From: Octopus vulgaris
Lineage: Eukaryota
Direction: 5' to 3'
Assembly: GCA_951406725.2 (NCBI GenBank)
Contig: OX597830.1
Location: forward strand, 32,984,001 to 33,048,000
DNA: 64,000 nucleotides
In this document: positions 13,868 through 28,223 of the stretch, one piece after another
Layout: each line of letters starts with the position of its first letter
How positions within the stretch are numbered: the stretch's first letter is position 1
Program-made: the position numbers and the translations under genes
The notes under the pieces: model-generated
Seen by the model: only the letters and a program-made list of their open reading frames with translations
The model's database searches: none
Told to the model about the DNA's origin: nothing

Positions 13868-14381
13868 TACTTGTTTCAGTCATTTGACTGCGGCCATGCT
13901 GGAGCACCGCCTTTAGAGTGGTGAAAGAGTACAGCAGGGATCACCACCATCCCCTGCCGGAGCCTCGTGGAGCTTTTAGGTGTTTTCGCTCAATAAACAC
14001 ACACAACGCCCGGTCTGGGAATCGAAACCGCGATCCTCCGACCGCAAGTCCGCTGCCCTAACCACTTGGCCATTGCGCCTCCACAATTATGCGATAGAAC
14101 AATCTTGATAATCCACATTTATACATAAATAAATATATGCACTCTCACACATGATATATCTCTATCAATATGGCTTACATAACACATATATTCTTTTATT
14201 CTTTTACTTGTTTCAGTCATTTGACCGCAGCCCTGCTGGTGCACTGCCTTAAAGGGTTTTAGTTGAAGAAATCGACCCCAGGACTTATTCTTTGTAAGCC
14301 AAGTACTTATTCTATCACTCTCTTTTTGCCAAACACATCAGTATCAGTTGTCAAGTGATGGCAGTGGGGGCAAACACATTA

Positions 14382-14465
<84 letters not shown>

Positions 14466-14640
14466 GTATATATATATATATGACAGGCTTCTTTCAGTTT
14501 CCATCTCCCAAATCCACTCACAAGGCTTTGGTCGGCCCGAAGCTATTGTAGAAGACACTTGCCCAAGGTGCCACACAGGGGGATTGAACCCAGAACCATG
14601 GAAGCAAGCTTCTTACCACACACCCACACCTGCGCCTATA
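13868..14640 (-). mobile_element. SINE cluster: family A 3' end joined to family T (13868-14083), then full family A (14190-14640)
   Basis: Reverse matches to the in-window family consensus sequences. Confidence 0.8.
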
Positions 14641-15912
14641 ATATATATATAATTGAATAATCAGAGGCTACAGATTCCTTTATTGATATAGCATGTTAAT
14701 AAATTATACTACTGAGTGAGATGAAATGAAATAATCCTGAGAGCAACTGTATGAGTGATAGATGCACACTTCACAATTTTGTGGTGTGTCAAGTACTGCT
14801 CCCACTGTATAATTCGAATTTTACTCAATCCTGTGGCCTCTTTCTAAAACCAGTGAATTGTTCATCAGTTATTTCTATAATCTTCAGACTGGCTGAGGCA
14901 ACTTCAAATCAGAAGTTGCTCATGTGTGTGGCATTGACAAGCTGCAGTCACAGTGAAATGATCATTTGTTACTCTTGAGGTCATTTGCAGGACACTTTTG
15001 TTTTCATCAAGCTATGAAGAATATTGTGTGTTTTAACAAATTACATCTACAAAGGTATATTTCCTCAAGGTGACCACTACATCTTCTGACTTCCCACAAT
15101 ATGCATACATTAAATATGCCATATAAATTAGAATTTTAATCTTGAGCTGTTTCTAACGAATAATTTTAATAAAAATATATAAGTTTGATACACAGATTTG
15201 ATACATTTAAACATTGGCAATGGATACATTCAAACCGGTAGTTCTGAATATGAAAGAGTGAGATATACATTCCCTTCATAGTTGGGAGATAATTATGATC
15301 GGCAGTAAAATAATTCTGTTTTAGAATCTGAAGACATTCTGAATTCTTGACACTATTTCTAAAATAATGTAATATTGAAACTTAAAAATTGTAATTCTGA
15401 TAATTAATGGCAAAATGTTTTGGCTTGGATAGAGTGGAAAGACATTATTTTTGGATAGTTAAAATGTTTGCTTCAGAGATTTGTTGGATTCAGATACTTA
15501 AACATAGCTTTAAATGAGAGCATAGACAATAAAAAACAAACGAGAACTATTGTTTTAAACTCATGATAAATTAAACCGCATGTACACACTTGATGATTTT
15601 TTCTGAAAACTTTTTGTTTCCTTTTTTATCTTTTCAATATCATATGGCTTTGTTTTATCACTGTTTCTTTTAATTTTTGCTCTCCAATTTTATTTTTTTG
15701 TTGGGTGTTATGCCAGGAAAGTATATTCATTAAATACACACACACACACACAAACAAACAAACATTGTGAGGATTGTTCCCTATATTTTCTGTCAATCAA
15801 TCGATCTATTGATAAAATTGGACCATCGACACACTCAAATGCATATCTGAAACAGCTGTAAGTCTATAATAAATAAATAAATGTATCTAACCCATTATTT
15901 GTGTCTATTTCT

Positions 15913-15967
<55 letters not shown>

Positions 15968-16029
15968 AAACATTACATTTGTTTTCTTATATATATTTGT
16001 TTACTTATATATATTACATTTGTTTACTT

Positions 16030-16372
16030 TGGGGCTTTTTTCAGTTCCCGTCTACCAAATCCACTCACAAGGCTTTTGCTGGCCTGAGGCTATAGTAGAA
16101 GACACTTGCCCAAGGTGCCACACAGTGGGACTGAACCCAGAACTATGTGATTGGGAAGCAAGCTTCTTACCACACAACCACACCTGTGCCTATGTATGTA
16201 TGATATCACAGGCGCAAGCATGGCTGTGTGATAAGAAGCTTGCTTCCCAATCACATGTTTCTGGGTTCAGTCCCACTGTGTGACACCTTGGGAAAGTGAC
16301 TTCTACTATAACTTCAGGCCAACCAAAGCCTTATGAGTGAATCTGGTAGACGGAAACTGAAAGAAGCCACTC

Positions 16373-16375
<3 letters not shown>
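16030..16375. mobile_element. Head-to-head inverted pair of SINE A 5' halves
   Basis: Minus copy ~16030-16190 and plus copy ~16208-16375, about 20 nt apart. Confidence 0.85.
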
Positions 16376-16408
<33 letters not shown>

Positions 16409-16414
16409 ACATTC

Positions 16415-16445
<31 letters not shown>

Positions 16446-17517
16446 CATACATACATACATACTTACATATATATATATGATATATATGTATATATACATG
16501 TATGTATACATATATATATATGCATGTATATATACATGTATGTATACATATATACACACACGTGCAAACACACAAACACACAAACACGCACACACACACA
16601 CACACACACACATGCACGCACACATACACACATTCATGTATACAGATAGCAGAACAAATCTGGTATTTTAAAATGTTAAACACCTTGTTTTATTGTTTAC
16701 AGCTCCTTACACTTCCCTCAAAGCTCCAATTATTGCTGGTAATGGTAACATCTTTGTGTTGATTCTAGATTTCACTTTATTTTCTTACCATTTTAAGTTG
16801 GTCATTCTAAAAATTTAACACAAATATTTATAATTAAAAATCAAGACCTGAATTTACTTTCACAGGGTATTCAGTTTATCTGAAAATCACTATAAGAAGA
16901 ATTTCAAACTATTCTCGATGTAATAATCATTGTAAAGGTGAAATTAGTTAACCTTAATCAGTTATGTGTTGCCAATGGAGCAGAATTACTTCTCTGTACA
17001 TGAAGCAAAAGATGGAAAACACTTGACAAAACAGTCAAGGTTCACTAAATCTGAAAGTCAGTGGATGATTATGTAGCAGATAGGTGAAAGTAAGTAAATG
17101 AATGGTCGAAATACTTGACAGATGATGGGAATATAATCAAATCAATGATAGAATGATGGATAGCAATTAAAGGACACAGAATGTTAGTATGAATTCTCAA
17201 AGAGGTGAAAATGATTAAATTCACCTGTAAAACTTGGCAAATGTTTTCATGTTGTTTGTTTTTATTTTATTTGAATTTTTAAATAGACAATGTTAAATTC
17301 TGAATAAAGCTTATTTATCAGTCAAAGATTGATGAATTTGGTATAAAACTAAGCATTCAAACTAAGCAGAACTCTATGCAATAATCTCTGAATTGAAGTA
17401 GTTTACTTTGGTATATTCCTGAAAGTATTGGTAAAACAGTTTCTTCAATATCACTGAAAGATGTCATATTTTTGTAGAAGACTGTATGAGTTTAGAAATC
17501 TATTATTGAGAAAATTT

Positions 17518-17670
17518 GTGGCTGTGTGGTAAGTAGCTTGCTTACCAGCCACATGGTTCCGGTTTCAATCCCACTGCATGGCACCTTAGGCAAGTGTCTT
17601 CTGCTATAGTCTTGGGCCGACCAAAGCCTTGTGAGTGGAGTTGGCAGACGGAAACTGAAAGAAGCCCGTC

Positions 17671-17717
<47 letters not shown>

Positions 17718-17955
17718 TGTATGTATGTATGTATGTATGTATGTATATGTTTGTGTGTCTGTGTTTGTCTCCCCAACATTGCTTGACAACCAATGCTGAT
17801 GTGTTTACGTCCCAGTAACTTAGCGGTTCAGCAAAAGAGACCAATAAAATAAGTACTAGGCTTACAAAGAATAAGTTCTGGGGTCGATTTGCTCCCACTA
17901 AAGGCGGTGCTCCGGCATGGCCACAGTCAAATGACTGAAACAAGTAAAAGAGTAA
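17518..17955 (+). mobile_element. Full-length SINE A
   Basis: tRNA-like head, caccttaggcaagtgtctt core, internal (TA)/(TATG)n, tail ggcggtgctcc.gcatggcc..cagtcaaatgactgaaac. Confidence 0.9.
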
Positions 17956-18401
17956 TTAGAATCACTTTGTTTATCAGATAGATACAAAGCTCTTTTTTTG
18001 TTTATTTAACAACATAGTTTTCACTTGAATAGTCTGCAGTATATTATTTCATAATATAAGTTTCTGTGGCAGAAGAATACAAAGTCTCTTAATGCCAAAA
18101 ATCAGAGGAGCATCAGCTGTGTGCTTAACCAGCACTGTCTTAGCAGTATTATAGTGTTGTAGACCCCTGCACAAATCAGTGCACTGGGCCCTTTAGTACT
18201 TGTTTATTGACTGCAAGCTGTGGCATGCATAAATAAGTATTGGGCCCTTAAACCTATGGGGCCAGTGCTGAATTAACCATTAAGCAAAATAAGCATGTGC
18301 TTAGGGCAACAAGGGAAGGAAAGGGCACTACATAAATAGTAAATAGTTTACGGCACAAAAGAAATCATTTTAAACTTGCTAAAATAATATTCGGGATCAC
18401 T

Positions 18402-18503
18402 TTATCTCTACTTAGTATAGATGCAGATGTGTTACTTAAGATTAATTTTGAAGATCTGATCAAAGACTTTGCAATTCAAAAAAGTAGGAGGAAACTTTTC
18501 AAA
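18402..18503 (+). pseudogene. hAT transposase C-terminal (dimerisation region) remnant
   Basis: LSLLSIDADVLLKINFEDLIKDFAIQKSRRK resembles hAT transposase C-termini and lies inside the hAT TIRs. Confidence 0.7.
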
Positions 18504-18505
18504 TA

Positions 18506-18850
18506 TAACCAAGAGCACTCAGAGTGTGCAAATCTCCACCAAGGCAACACCAGCGTCCTCTCAACGATTATCCAGAGAGGATTTTTTAAATGGGAATATC
18601 TGAAATATACACGACTGCTCTCACAAACGAGAATACTAAAAATGAACTAAAATTAAATGAAAAAAACAGGAAAAATAATCCAGAATCCTTGTCTGGGACC
18701 AGATCGATCCCAAAATCTAATCAGTTCATGCTAGTCACGAGGTCAAAACATCCCTGAAAGTTTCATCTTAATCCATCCAGCAATTCTTGAAATATCTTGT
18801 CTATGGACAAACAAACACAACTGAAAACCTTCGCTAAGGTGGAGGTAATA
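18506..18850 (+). mobile_element. HINE/DINE-1-like (Helentron-associated) element nested in the hAT
   Basis: Subterminal inverted motif ctccacc / ggtggag and a short 3' hairpin cctt-cgct-aagg; partial inverted copy at 19514-19715. Confidence 0.5.
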
Positions 18851-20649
18851 AAGTGGAAGTATACAAAAATAAACATTATTTTTCCTCTCACTGTTTTGTT
18901 TCGTTTTGAAAAATAAAAATTTATTTCATAGTTTGTTGTTGTTTATATTTTGAATTACATAATCTTTTATGGGGGCACCAAAAACTTTTAAGTGCTTAGG
19001 GCCTTGATGGGTCTTAATCCAGCCCTGTATGGGGCCTCTGGGCAACTACTCAGTGCACTAGGCCCTCAACTATTTATTTATTGGCAGCAAGCCACAGCAA
19101 AAATAGTTGAGAATTGGGCCTTAAGAACCTAAGGATTTGGAAGAACCTTTCATTCGTTATTGTTTCTCTTAATTAATTGCAAGTTAATGCCAACAGGATA
19201 AAACAGGAACAGGAAGGTAATTCTAGGGGCTTGATGTTCTTGGAAGGAAGGTCTTGATGTACAGCTTAGTGTGAAGATTAGAATGGTTAATAATAAGAGG
19301 AAAGACAAATAAAGTGCGAAGTGACACAAGACCAGTTAGTTTCATAGAGCAGAAGCCACACTGTAGTTGTGCAAAATAAGCGAAATGAAGAGACAGTGTG
19401 TCTGTTGTTGAGGAATGTATTGAGAAGTGCTGCCATGCCAGTCACTTGGGTGGCATTTTTTTGGGATTTCATTTCAGACGTTTCTATATGTTGTAAAAGT
19501 ATAATTCCAGATGCAGACAAGGATTCTGGATTATTTTTCCTGTTTTTTTTATTTAATTTTAGTTCATTTTTAGTATTCACGTTTGTGAGAGCAGTCGAGT
19601 TTATTTCAGATATTCCCATTTAAAAAATCCTCTCTGGATAATCGTTGGTGTTGCCTTGGTGGAGATTTGCACACTCTGAGTGCTCTTGTTTATATTTGAA
19701 AAGTTTCCTCCTACTGCATCTTGCTTTTGTCTTTATAAAAGGTTTGTGGTTGTTGGGTAAGTATTTGCCAGCTCTGAATAAGAAACTTGGTCTGAAAATC
19801 AGTGGCCCAACATCTTCTCTTCATAGTCATTGATAATAACATCAGATAATTTCTTCTCTTCTCTGCAAAAACTGGCCAAAAGTCATGAAGCCTTATTGCA
19901 TATTGGACTCTGAGGGCATAATGTGACGGTTTCAACTGCGGCACCGACTTCATTTATATGCTTTGAATCTTTCAGGTACATAAGTAATAAATATAATTTC
20001 TATGATGTCAACATCTAAAAGTTTCAGACAATATTATGAGATGCAGCATGGATTTTTGTCAGTGAACAGGTCGCGGTCTTAAAGCGGCGAAAATATTTTG
20101 ACAAATTAAACTTAAATGTTGAAATGAATCGAACGGCTTTTGTGTGTTTCTTAAATGGTTTACAAACACCTTCCACGCTGCAATTGTTTTCGTTCCAGCA
20201 CACGATCTCAGATCAAATCACTTGCTATGCAAGTACATCTCCAATGTTATTAAGTTTATCATTATTTTCACATGCTTATACTCACAGTTTGTAGAAACCT
20301 AGGACACCTTACTATGCATTAGTAACAGTGATATTGTATGAAGACTGCAGGATGTATGAGCTGCATAAAGCAGCCACTTTATATATGTGATTGTTGTAAT
20401 TGAAGGTATGTTCGTTAAAAGAAAGAGGTAGCTAATTTGGTTTGTGCACACAAATGCTTAGCCCCATGCTATGCTGTTCGTTGATTAGTAGTTTAGCAAA
20501 GTGGAGTGACAAAATGACCAACGTTTGACGATATATATGGCACATGATTTTTATGACAAACATGGCTGCTTATATACAATATCAGCAGGCTAATAGTACT
20601 ATGGAAAACTAACTGCCACGGATACAACTTCTTCTGCCTTATTCCAGGA

Positions 20650-21040
20650 TATTCCTTTCTACTCTAGGTACAAGGCCTGAAATTCTTGGAGAGGTGGGCT
20701 AGTCGATTAAATCGACCCCAGTATGCAACTGGTACTTAATTTATTGATCCCGAAAGGATTAAAGGCAAAGTTGACCTTAGCGGAATTTGCTTATTCCAGA
20801 ACATTGCAATATTAATTGCTTAAAAATTATTTTATCGTTACTGAAATTAAGGTATGAATTGGCAGAATCATTAGTGACATTTTTTTCTGGTTTTGTGTTC
20901 TGACTTTGAATGCCACCAAGGTCAACTTTGCTTCTTATTCCTTTTGGGGTTATTAAATTAGGTACCAGTTGAACACTGGGGTTGATGTAATTGTTTTCCC
21001 CCAAAATTTCAGACCTTGTGCCTCTGGTGGTAAGGATCAT
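20650..21040. mobile_element. Inverted pair of SINE M copies
   Basis: Minus copy ~20650-20790 and plus copy ~20850-21040. Confidence 0.7.
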
Positions 21041-21084
21041 TACTGAAGCTGTAACTACATTGAATGTCTAAGCTGGTTTCTATG

Positions 21085-21670
21085 TTTACTCTTTTACTTG
21101 TTTCAGTCATTCAACTGCAGCCATACTGGAGCAGCACCTTTAATTGAGCAAATCGACCCAAGGACTTATTCCTTGCAAGCCTAGTATTTATTCTATTCGT
21201 CTCTTTTGCCAAACCACTAGGTTACAATTATACTAAGTTATACTAAGTAAACACACCAGCATTGGTTGTCAAGCGATGTTGGGGGAACAAACAGAGACAC
21301 CCAAACATATACACACACATACATATATAGATACATACACACACGCACATATATACATATATATATATTTGTATGCGGCTGAAGAAGGCTATAGACACAC
21401 ATTTACATCAATTATGCATTGTTATAAACCGTCTAATAAAGGCCCGAAACATATGTACCACTAAATCCTTTGCATCATGTTTTTATTTTGATAAATATAT
21501 ATATATATACATATATGATGGGTTCCGTTCAGTATCCGTCTACCAAATCCACTCACAAGGCTTTGGTCAGCCCGAGGCTATAGTAGACAACACTTGCCCA
21601 AGGCGCCATGCAATGAGGCTGAACCCAGAACCATGTGGTTGGTAAGCAAGCTACTTACCACACAGCCATT
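21085..21670 (-). mobile_element. SINE A with an HHR mini-element inserted in its internal microsatellite
   Basis: Tail at 21085-21300, head at 21515-21670, foreign insert at ~21370-21495. Confidence 0.8.
21375..21461 (+). ncRNA. Type-I hammerhead motif with extended stem II
   Basis: gcgg CUGAAGA a ggc..(~50 nt containing uagac/gucua)..gccc GAAA cauaug UA ccac; palindromic stem III ACAUAUGU, GUA triplet. Confidence 0.6.
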
Positions 21671-22733
21671 ACCATAACTTATTCTAACAGACAGGTTCTC
21701 TTCTCCTTTAACTCTGTTAAGCATTTTTGTCAGATTTTAGTTAGATTTAAATATGTAAGTATGTTAAGAACTTCTATTTAATACAGTTAGTGAAATGGCG
21801 GTGAGTATCATGTAAGCCCACCAACAAATACATTATTTTTTGTCACAAAAACAAACAAAAAAAATCCCCAAAATCTGAGATCTAGATGTATTTAAAACAA
21901 TTAAATATAATAAATGGTTTCATCTTTTATGGAATAAATCTTCAAAGCTGATGCTATGCTATTTTTATGCTGTTTCAGGAAATCTTGAGAAAACCATGCA
22001 TTGCTGTTTAAATAGAAAAACAAAAATATTACTAAGTATTCTATTGGAACAAAACCAGGTATTTTTTTTTTTTTTTGTCTCATAGGCATAATGCCCAACA
22101 AAATAATACCACTTTCAGTATGGCAACTGAAAAAGAGGAAATAGCAAAGCAAACCATCCCACAAAATAAATATATCTATATTGTTAAGGGAGATGTATAA
22201 TAAGGGAATTATATTACATGCACACATAGAGCCAATATGCTAAAACACAAAAATATTTATCCAAACATATTTTGCTTATACGCGCATATATAGGATGTCA
22301 TAACCAAAATAGTGGAACGACTATGTAATAATAAGTTACAAGTTACAGTCTATGATAAAAATAATCCCTCCTCACTCACCTCAAACAACAATGGCCAGAA
22401 AGCTTGTTCAGCAGTTATTTCATTTGTTGTTCATTCATGGTCGTTGTTTGGGTTTTGTATTTTTGTTTTTGGTCCTTTTTTTTTTGTTAATAAGAAAATG
22501 CAACAATGCTATTTGTCATATTGCTTATTTTGGGGCCAAGTTTCTCATTAAGTGTTCGCCTATTGTTCTTATGTCATTTCAGAAACTCTGATATTATGTT
22601 TTTTGCATCTGTGTGCTGCATGGCGCATACGTTGCGTTGCATATGTGAGAATATTTGACCAGTGGACCTTTCAGAAACAATGAATGACCATAAATAACTT
22701 TTTATAAAGAACCAAAAATAAGTATAAAAAAAA

Positions 22734-22764
<31 letters not shown>

Positions 22765-23038
22765 GAAAGAACAACAACTAAACCCCTCCACCATCAAATG
22801 TTGATAACAATAACTGTATGAACATACAGCAACCTTATAATGAACAACAAAAGAAACTACAGTTGGTTTGGTTTTCATTATAGGTATGTGTGAGTGAGTG
22901 GGGGTGTGGGATAAAGAGAATGTGTGTATATATACATGTGATACATATATATATGTATATATATGTATATATATATGAGTATACACACATATACGTGTGT
23001 GTCTGTATATATTTATACATATGTGTGTATATATATGT

Positions 23039-23072
<34 letters not shown>

Positions 23073-23077
23073 GTGAG

Positions 23078-23140
<63 letters not shown>

Positions 23141-23407
23141 GTATATACACACATGGATACATATATAAATACATGAATAGATATAGATACGTCTATGTGT
23201 ATAACATAATAACCATCGTCATCGTCATCATCATCATCATCGTTATCATCATCATTTAACATCCATTAAAGGATGATAATGGTGATGGTGATGGTGATGA
23301 TGATGATGATAATGATGACGATGATATATATTCATAGATATTCATACAAATACATATCTATATACGCATGTATATTTACACAATCATACATGTATATGAT
23401 ATGTATA

Positions 23408-23501
<94 letters not shown>

Positions 23502-23621
23502 CACTTATGGTGCTCCAGTATACCCATAGCCTCAAGGTTGAAGCATATAAAAGAATAGAAGAATATATATATGCTTTATGCATATATACATATTTCATAT
23601 GTATATACACACACACATACA

Positions 23622-23652
<31 letters not shown>

Positions 23653-24395
23653 GTATATAAAAGATGAGAGAAAGAAAGAGTGAGAAATGTTGAGGAGAAA
23701 GAAAGCAGGAGAGAAGGAGAGAAGGAGAGATTGGAACAGGCAAAGCTGCATAGCCAAGAAGAAGTTCACTTTGCAAAAGTGCATTTTGTTCAGTTCCTAC
23801 ACACAGCACCTTTAAATACAAGTTCACCATATTGCCCTCCATCATCATCATACTATCTTTCCATTCTTAAATGCTTCTGTGCATTTTTATCGCTTTACCT
23901 CTGGTTTCTAACTTTTACACTACCCATATTCCTATCTACATGCCCCTCATAGGCTCCATCTCCATTTATACTGTAGACTTTTCTCTACTATGTTTCCTGT
24001 TTCTTATACACACTGCAATTATGGTACATGTTTTATTACATAAACTCTGGTTGTGTAAAAACCCTATTATACACACCAGGCTTTCATACAACTACAATAT
24101 CATGGTCATGTGTCCAATACCCTAACAACTAGGCCATGTGCCACCACATGTATATATATAATATTTATAAACAAACCGGAAGGCTTTGTAAGCTAGGGTT
24201 AGCTCATCATTATTTAGTCAATTTGTTTCTATATAAATGCCACTTTAAATTGGAGAATATAAATATAATAATATTATAAATATTGTTATTATGATAGATT
24301 ATTATAGTTATTATCGCATTATATAGTTATTATCACATTATATATATATATTGCATTATATAGTTATTATCGTATTATATATATATATAATGCAG

Positions 24396-24635
24396 ATGGC
24401 TGCACCAGGCTCCAACCTTGATCTGGAAGAGTTTCTACAGCTGGATGCCCTTCCTAACGCCAACCACTCCCAGAGTGTAGTGGGTGCTTTTATGTGCCAC
24501 CGGCAAGAGGGCCAGTCAGGTGGTACTGGCAACAGCCATGCTCAAATGGTCTTTTTTACATGCCACCTGCACAGGAACCAGTCCAGCGGCACTGGCAACG
24601 ACCTCGCTCGAATGTTTTTTCACACCCCACCTGCA
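24396..24635 (-). mobile_element. Family R element
   Basis: ctacagctggatgcccttcctaacgccaaccactcc diagnostic body. Confidence 0.75.
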
Positions 24636-24639
24636 CAAG

Positions 24640-25030
24640 CGCTGAGCATTGTCGTGAAGAATGATTGGCCCTCTTCTGTTGACCAGTCTGGGATGGAGGA
24701 GTAGCAATTTTTTGTTCAATTCGGCAATTTCATGGCGATATGTTTCTGCAGTAATGATTTTTCTAAGTTTTAAGAAGATATAGTAAATGAGTCCAGCAGT
24801 ACAACATCAAACAATCACTATAACCATTTTTTTGAAGAATTTGGGTTTAGGGAAGGCTTTCAGCACTTCATTTTGATCCAACCACTGCGAAGAATATTTC
24901 TTATTATTGTACAGAATCAACTTTTCATCGCAAGTTACAATATGGTCAAGACATGGAGTAATCTGGTTACCGAGAAGAAGTGGTGAGCAAATTTCATATC
25001 TGCATATTTTGTGATTTCATTCAAATCGTT
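24640..25030 (-). pseudogene. Mariner (DD34D-type) transposase fragment
   Basis: Minus translation ILYNN..SQWLDQ..FPKPK..ITAETY..LVNRRGPIILHDNA, the mariner LHDNA motif; stops and frameshifts. Confidence 0.85.
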
Positions 25031-25104
25031 CAAACCTTTTAAGGTGGTGCTCCAGCATGGTCACAGTCAAACGATAGGAACACGTCAGAGTAAGAAAAGA
25101 CTAA

Positions 25105-25485
25105 AAGAGGAGTGTTTGTGTGGTAAGAAAATTGCTTCTAAACCACATGGTTCTGGGTTCAGTCCCACTGCATAACACTTTAGGCAAGTGTCTTCTACTA
25201 CAACCTAGGGGCGACCAACGCCTTGTGAGTGGATTTGGTAGATGGAAAACTGAAAGAAGCCTGTCGTATATAAGTGTTTGTGTGTGTGTGTGTTTGTCCT
25301 CACCCCCATTGCTTGACAAATGATGTTGGTGTGTTCACCTTCCCTTAACTTAACAGTCCAGCAAAAGAGGCCGATAGAATAAGTACTAGGCTCACAAAGA
25401 ATAAGTCCTGGGGTCGATTTGCATGACTAGAGGCGGTGCTCCAGCATGGCCACAGTCAAATAACTGAAACAAGTAAAAGAATAAA
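25105..25485 (+). mobile_element. Full-length SINE A
   Basis: Head, core and tail present. Confidence 0.85.
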
Positions 25486-25689
25486 AGCATACCTAAAACT
25501 CTACATACATACATTCTCTTCTTCTCACTCTTTTCTTTCTCCCTCATACATATACATACACACATATACACTCGCACACTTGCACACATGCAATACATAC
25601 ACACGTACATACACACTCACATACACAATCATTGTTGTTCAAATGGTATAAAAACCCAGTTCTGTAGCATTGTAAAGTTAAGTCTTTGT

Positions 25690-25960
25690 AGGTGGTGACG
25701 CGTGGCTTAGTGGTTTGGGTGACAGCATTATGATCATGCTCCTGATCATGACAGCACATGATTGTGGTTCTGATTCCTGGATCGGGAGATGAGTTGTGTT
25801 CTTGAGCAAAACACTTCATTTCACATTGCTCCAGTTCACTCAGCTGACAAAAGTGAGTAACACTGCGATGGACTGGCGTCCCGTCCAGCTGGAGAGCACA
25901 TACGCCATAGAAACCGGGAAACCGGGCACATGAGCCTGGCTAGGCTTTAAAAGGGTGCAT
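25690..25960 (+). mobile_element. tRNA-derived SINE (family T-related)
   Basis: gtggcttagtggtt A box, ggttctgattcc B box; tail gaaaccgggaaaccgggc..atgagc shared with 9370-9420. Confidence 0.65.
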
Positions 25961-26399
25961 TTATATTATTTTAAAGTTTTTGTAGGTCTGCATGTGTTGC
26001 ATGGAATCAGCCATACAACCACCCAATACTCGTGTTGCTTAATACCCTGATGTATTTGATATGCATGGGCACACGTTTACACCTTTTGTTTTATTTTTAT
26101 ATTCTTACTTTTGTTTTCCTTTTTTATCATTTGTGCTTTTTACTATCATCAAACTCACATGACCCAGCACCACAAACCACTATCACTACCATCACCACTA
26201 CTTATACCACCCACCACTACTACAACTATTCCTACACTAAAGCTTCTCTATCTCAATACCTATAAATTTAATTACAGAGCTGATAGATAGATAGATAAAG
26301 CAAAACAAAGCAATCTTTGAAAAATGAAAAGAAAATCTCGTTAACATCAGAGCAAATTGCACTTTAAATTCTGTGCAACGTCCTTATTTTATTTTTCTC

Positions 26400-27080
26400 T
26401 TATTTGTTTCTTTGTTTCAGTCACTTGACAGTAGCCATGCTGGAGCACCACTTTTAGTCGAACAAATCAACCCCACACTTATTCTTTGTAAGCCTAGTAC
26501 TTATTCTATCGGTCCCTTTTTCCAAACTGCAAAGTTACAGGCATGTAAACACACCAGCATCGGTTCTCAAGCACTGGTGGGGGGACAAACACAGACACAC
26601 ACACATGCAGACACACACACACGCACATGCAGACACACACACACACACACATATATATACAATATATATACAAGGCGGCGAACTGGCAGAAACGTTAGCA
26701 TGCCGGGCGAAATGCATAGCCGTATTTCGCCTGTCGTTACGTTCCGGGTTCAAATTCCGCCGAGGTCGACTTTGCCTTTCATCCTTTCGGGGTCGATAAA
26801 TTAAGTACCAGTTACGTACTGGGGTCGATGTAATCGACTTAATCCCTTTGTCTGTCCTTGTTTGTCCCCTCTGTGTTTAGCCCCTTGTGGGTAGTAAAGA
26901 AATATATATATATATATACATATGTACAATGGGCTTCTTTCAGTTTCGGTTTACCAAATCCACTCACAAGGCTTTGGTCAGCCTGAGGCTATAGTAGAAA
27001 ACACTTGCACAAGGTGCCACAGTGGGACTGAACTCAGAACCATGTGACTGGGAAGCAAGCTACTTATCACACAGCCACTG
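26400..27080 (-). mobile_element. SINE A interrupted by a young SINE M
   Basis: Tail at 26400-26600, head at 26930-27080. Confidence 0.8.
26673..26905 (+). mobile_element. Well-preserved SINE M
   Basis: ggcggcgaactggcagaa head, gggttcaaattcc B box, central gcctttcatcctttcggggtcgataaattaagtaccag domain; CpGs retained. Confidence 0.85.
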
Positions 27081-27371
27081 TGTGTATGTATGGTAATGAG
27101 AGTATTTGTGTATTTGTGTCTATGTAAATATATATATTTATAAAAAGATGCATATATATATGTATACATTTATATGCTATATCTAGATATCTAGATATGT
27201 TTCTATCTATATACCTATACACTTATATATGTGTATATTTATATGTATATATGTATATATGTGTGTGTGTGTATGTGTATGTGGGTATATATATATATAT
27301 TTACACATGCACACATAAATATATTGTAAACATATATTCATATATACATGAATATACATAGGTAAAGATTA

Positions 27372-27432
<61 letters not shown>

Positions 27433-27504
27433 ATATATGAGTGTATATATATATGTGCATATATATGAGTGTATATATATATATGTGCATATATATGTGT
27501 GTGT

Positions 27505-27880
27505 ACAGGAGCTGCTGTGTTTTAAGTAGCTTACCAAACACATGGTTCTGGGTTCCGTCCCCCTGTGTGGTACCCTGGGCAAATGTCTTCTACTATAGCC
27601 TCGGGCTGACCAAAGCCTGGTAAGTGGATTTGGTAGATGGAAACTGAAAGAAGCCTATCATATATGTGTGTGTGTGTGTATGTATGTGTGTTTGTCGCCA
27701 CACCATCACTTGACAGCTGATGCTGGTATGTTTACGTCCATGTGACTTAGTGGTTCAGCAAATAGAGAAAGTCCTAGGCTTACAAAGAATAAGTTCTGGG
27801 GGTTGATCTGTTCTACTAAAGGTGGTGCTCCAGCATGGCCACAATCAAATGACTGAAAAAACATATAAGAATAAAAGAAT
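27505..27880 (+). mobile_element. SINE A
   Basis: Inverted relative to 26400-27080. Confidence 0.8.
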
Positions 27881-28081
27881 CGAAGAATATATATATAACA
27901 TTTCCATACACATATATACAGCTCTCTTCCTCTCTCTCTGTCTCTCTCTCTCCACACACACACACACACACACACAGGCATATATATGTATGATATCTAT
28001 ACTTATCTCTCTCTCGCTTGATCAGTAAGTTTGCATATGTATTTGCATGTGTGTGTGTGTGTGTATGTATATATATATATA

Positions 28082-28223
<142 letters not shown>

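Larger units (their letters stand above)
18263..19027 (+). mobile_element. Non-autonomous hAT transposon with 8-bp TSD
   Basis: TIRs cagtgctgaattaa / ttaatccagccctg; TSD TATGGGGC at 18255-18262 and 19028-19035. Confidence 0.85.

Noticed and set aside
16975-17076. Short ORF MEQNYFSVHEAKDGKHLTKQSRF.. near a gtaagt donor
   Set aside because: It stops before the donor, has no recognisable homology and the acceptor is weak.
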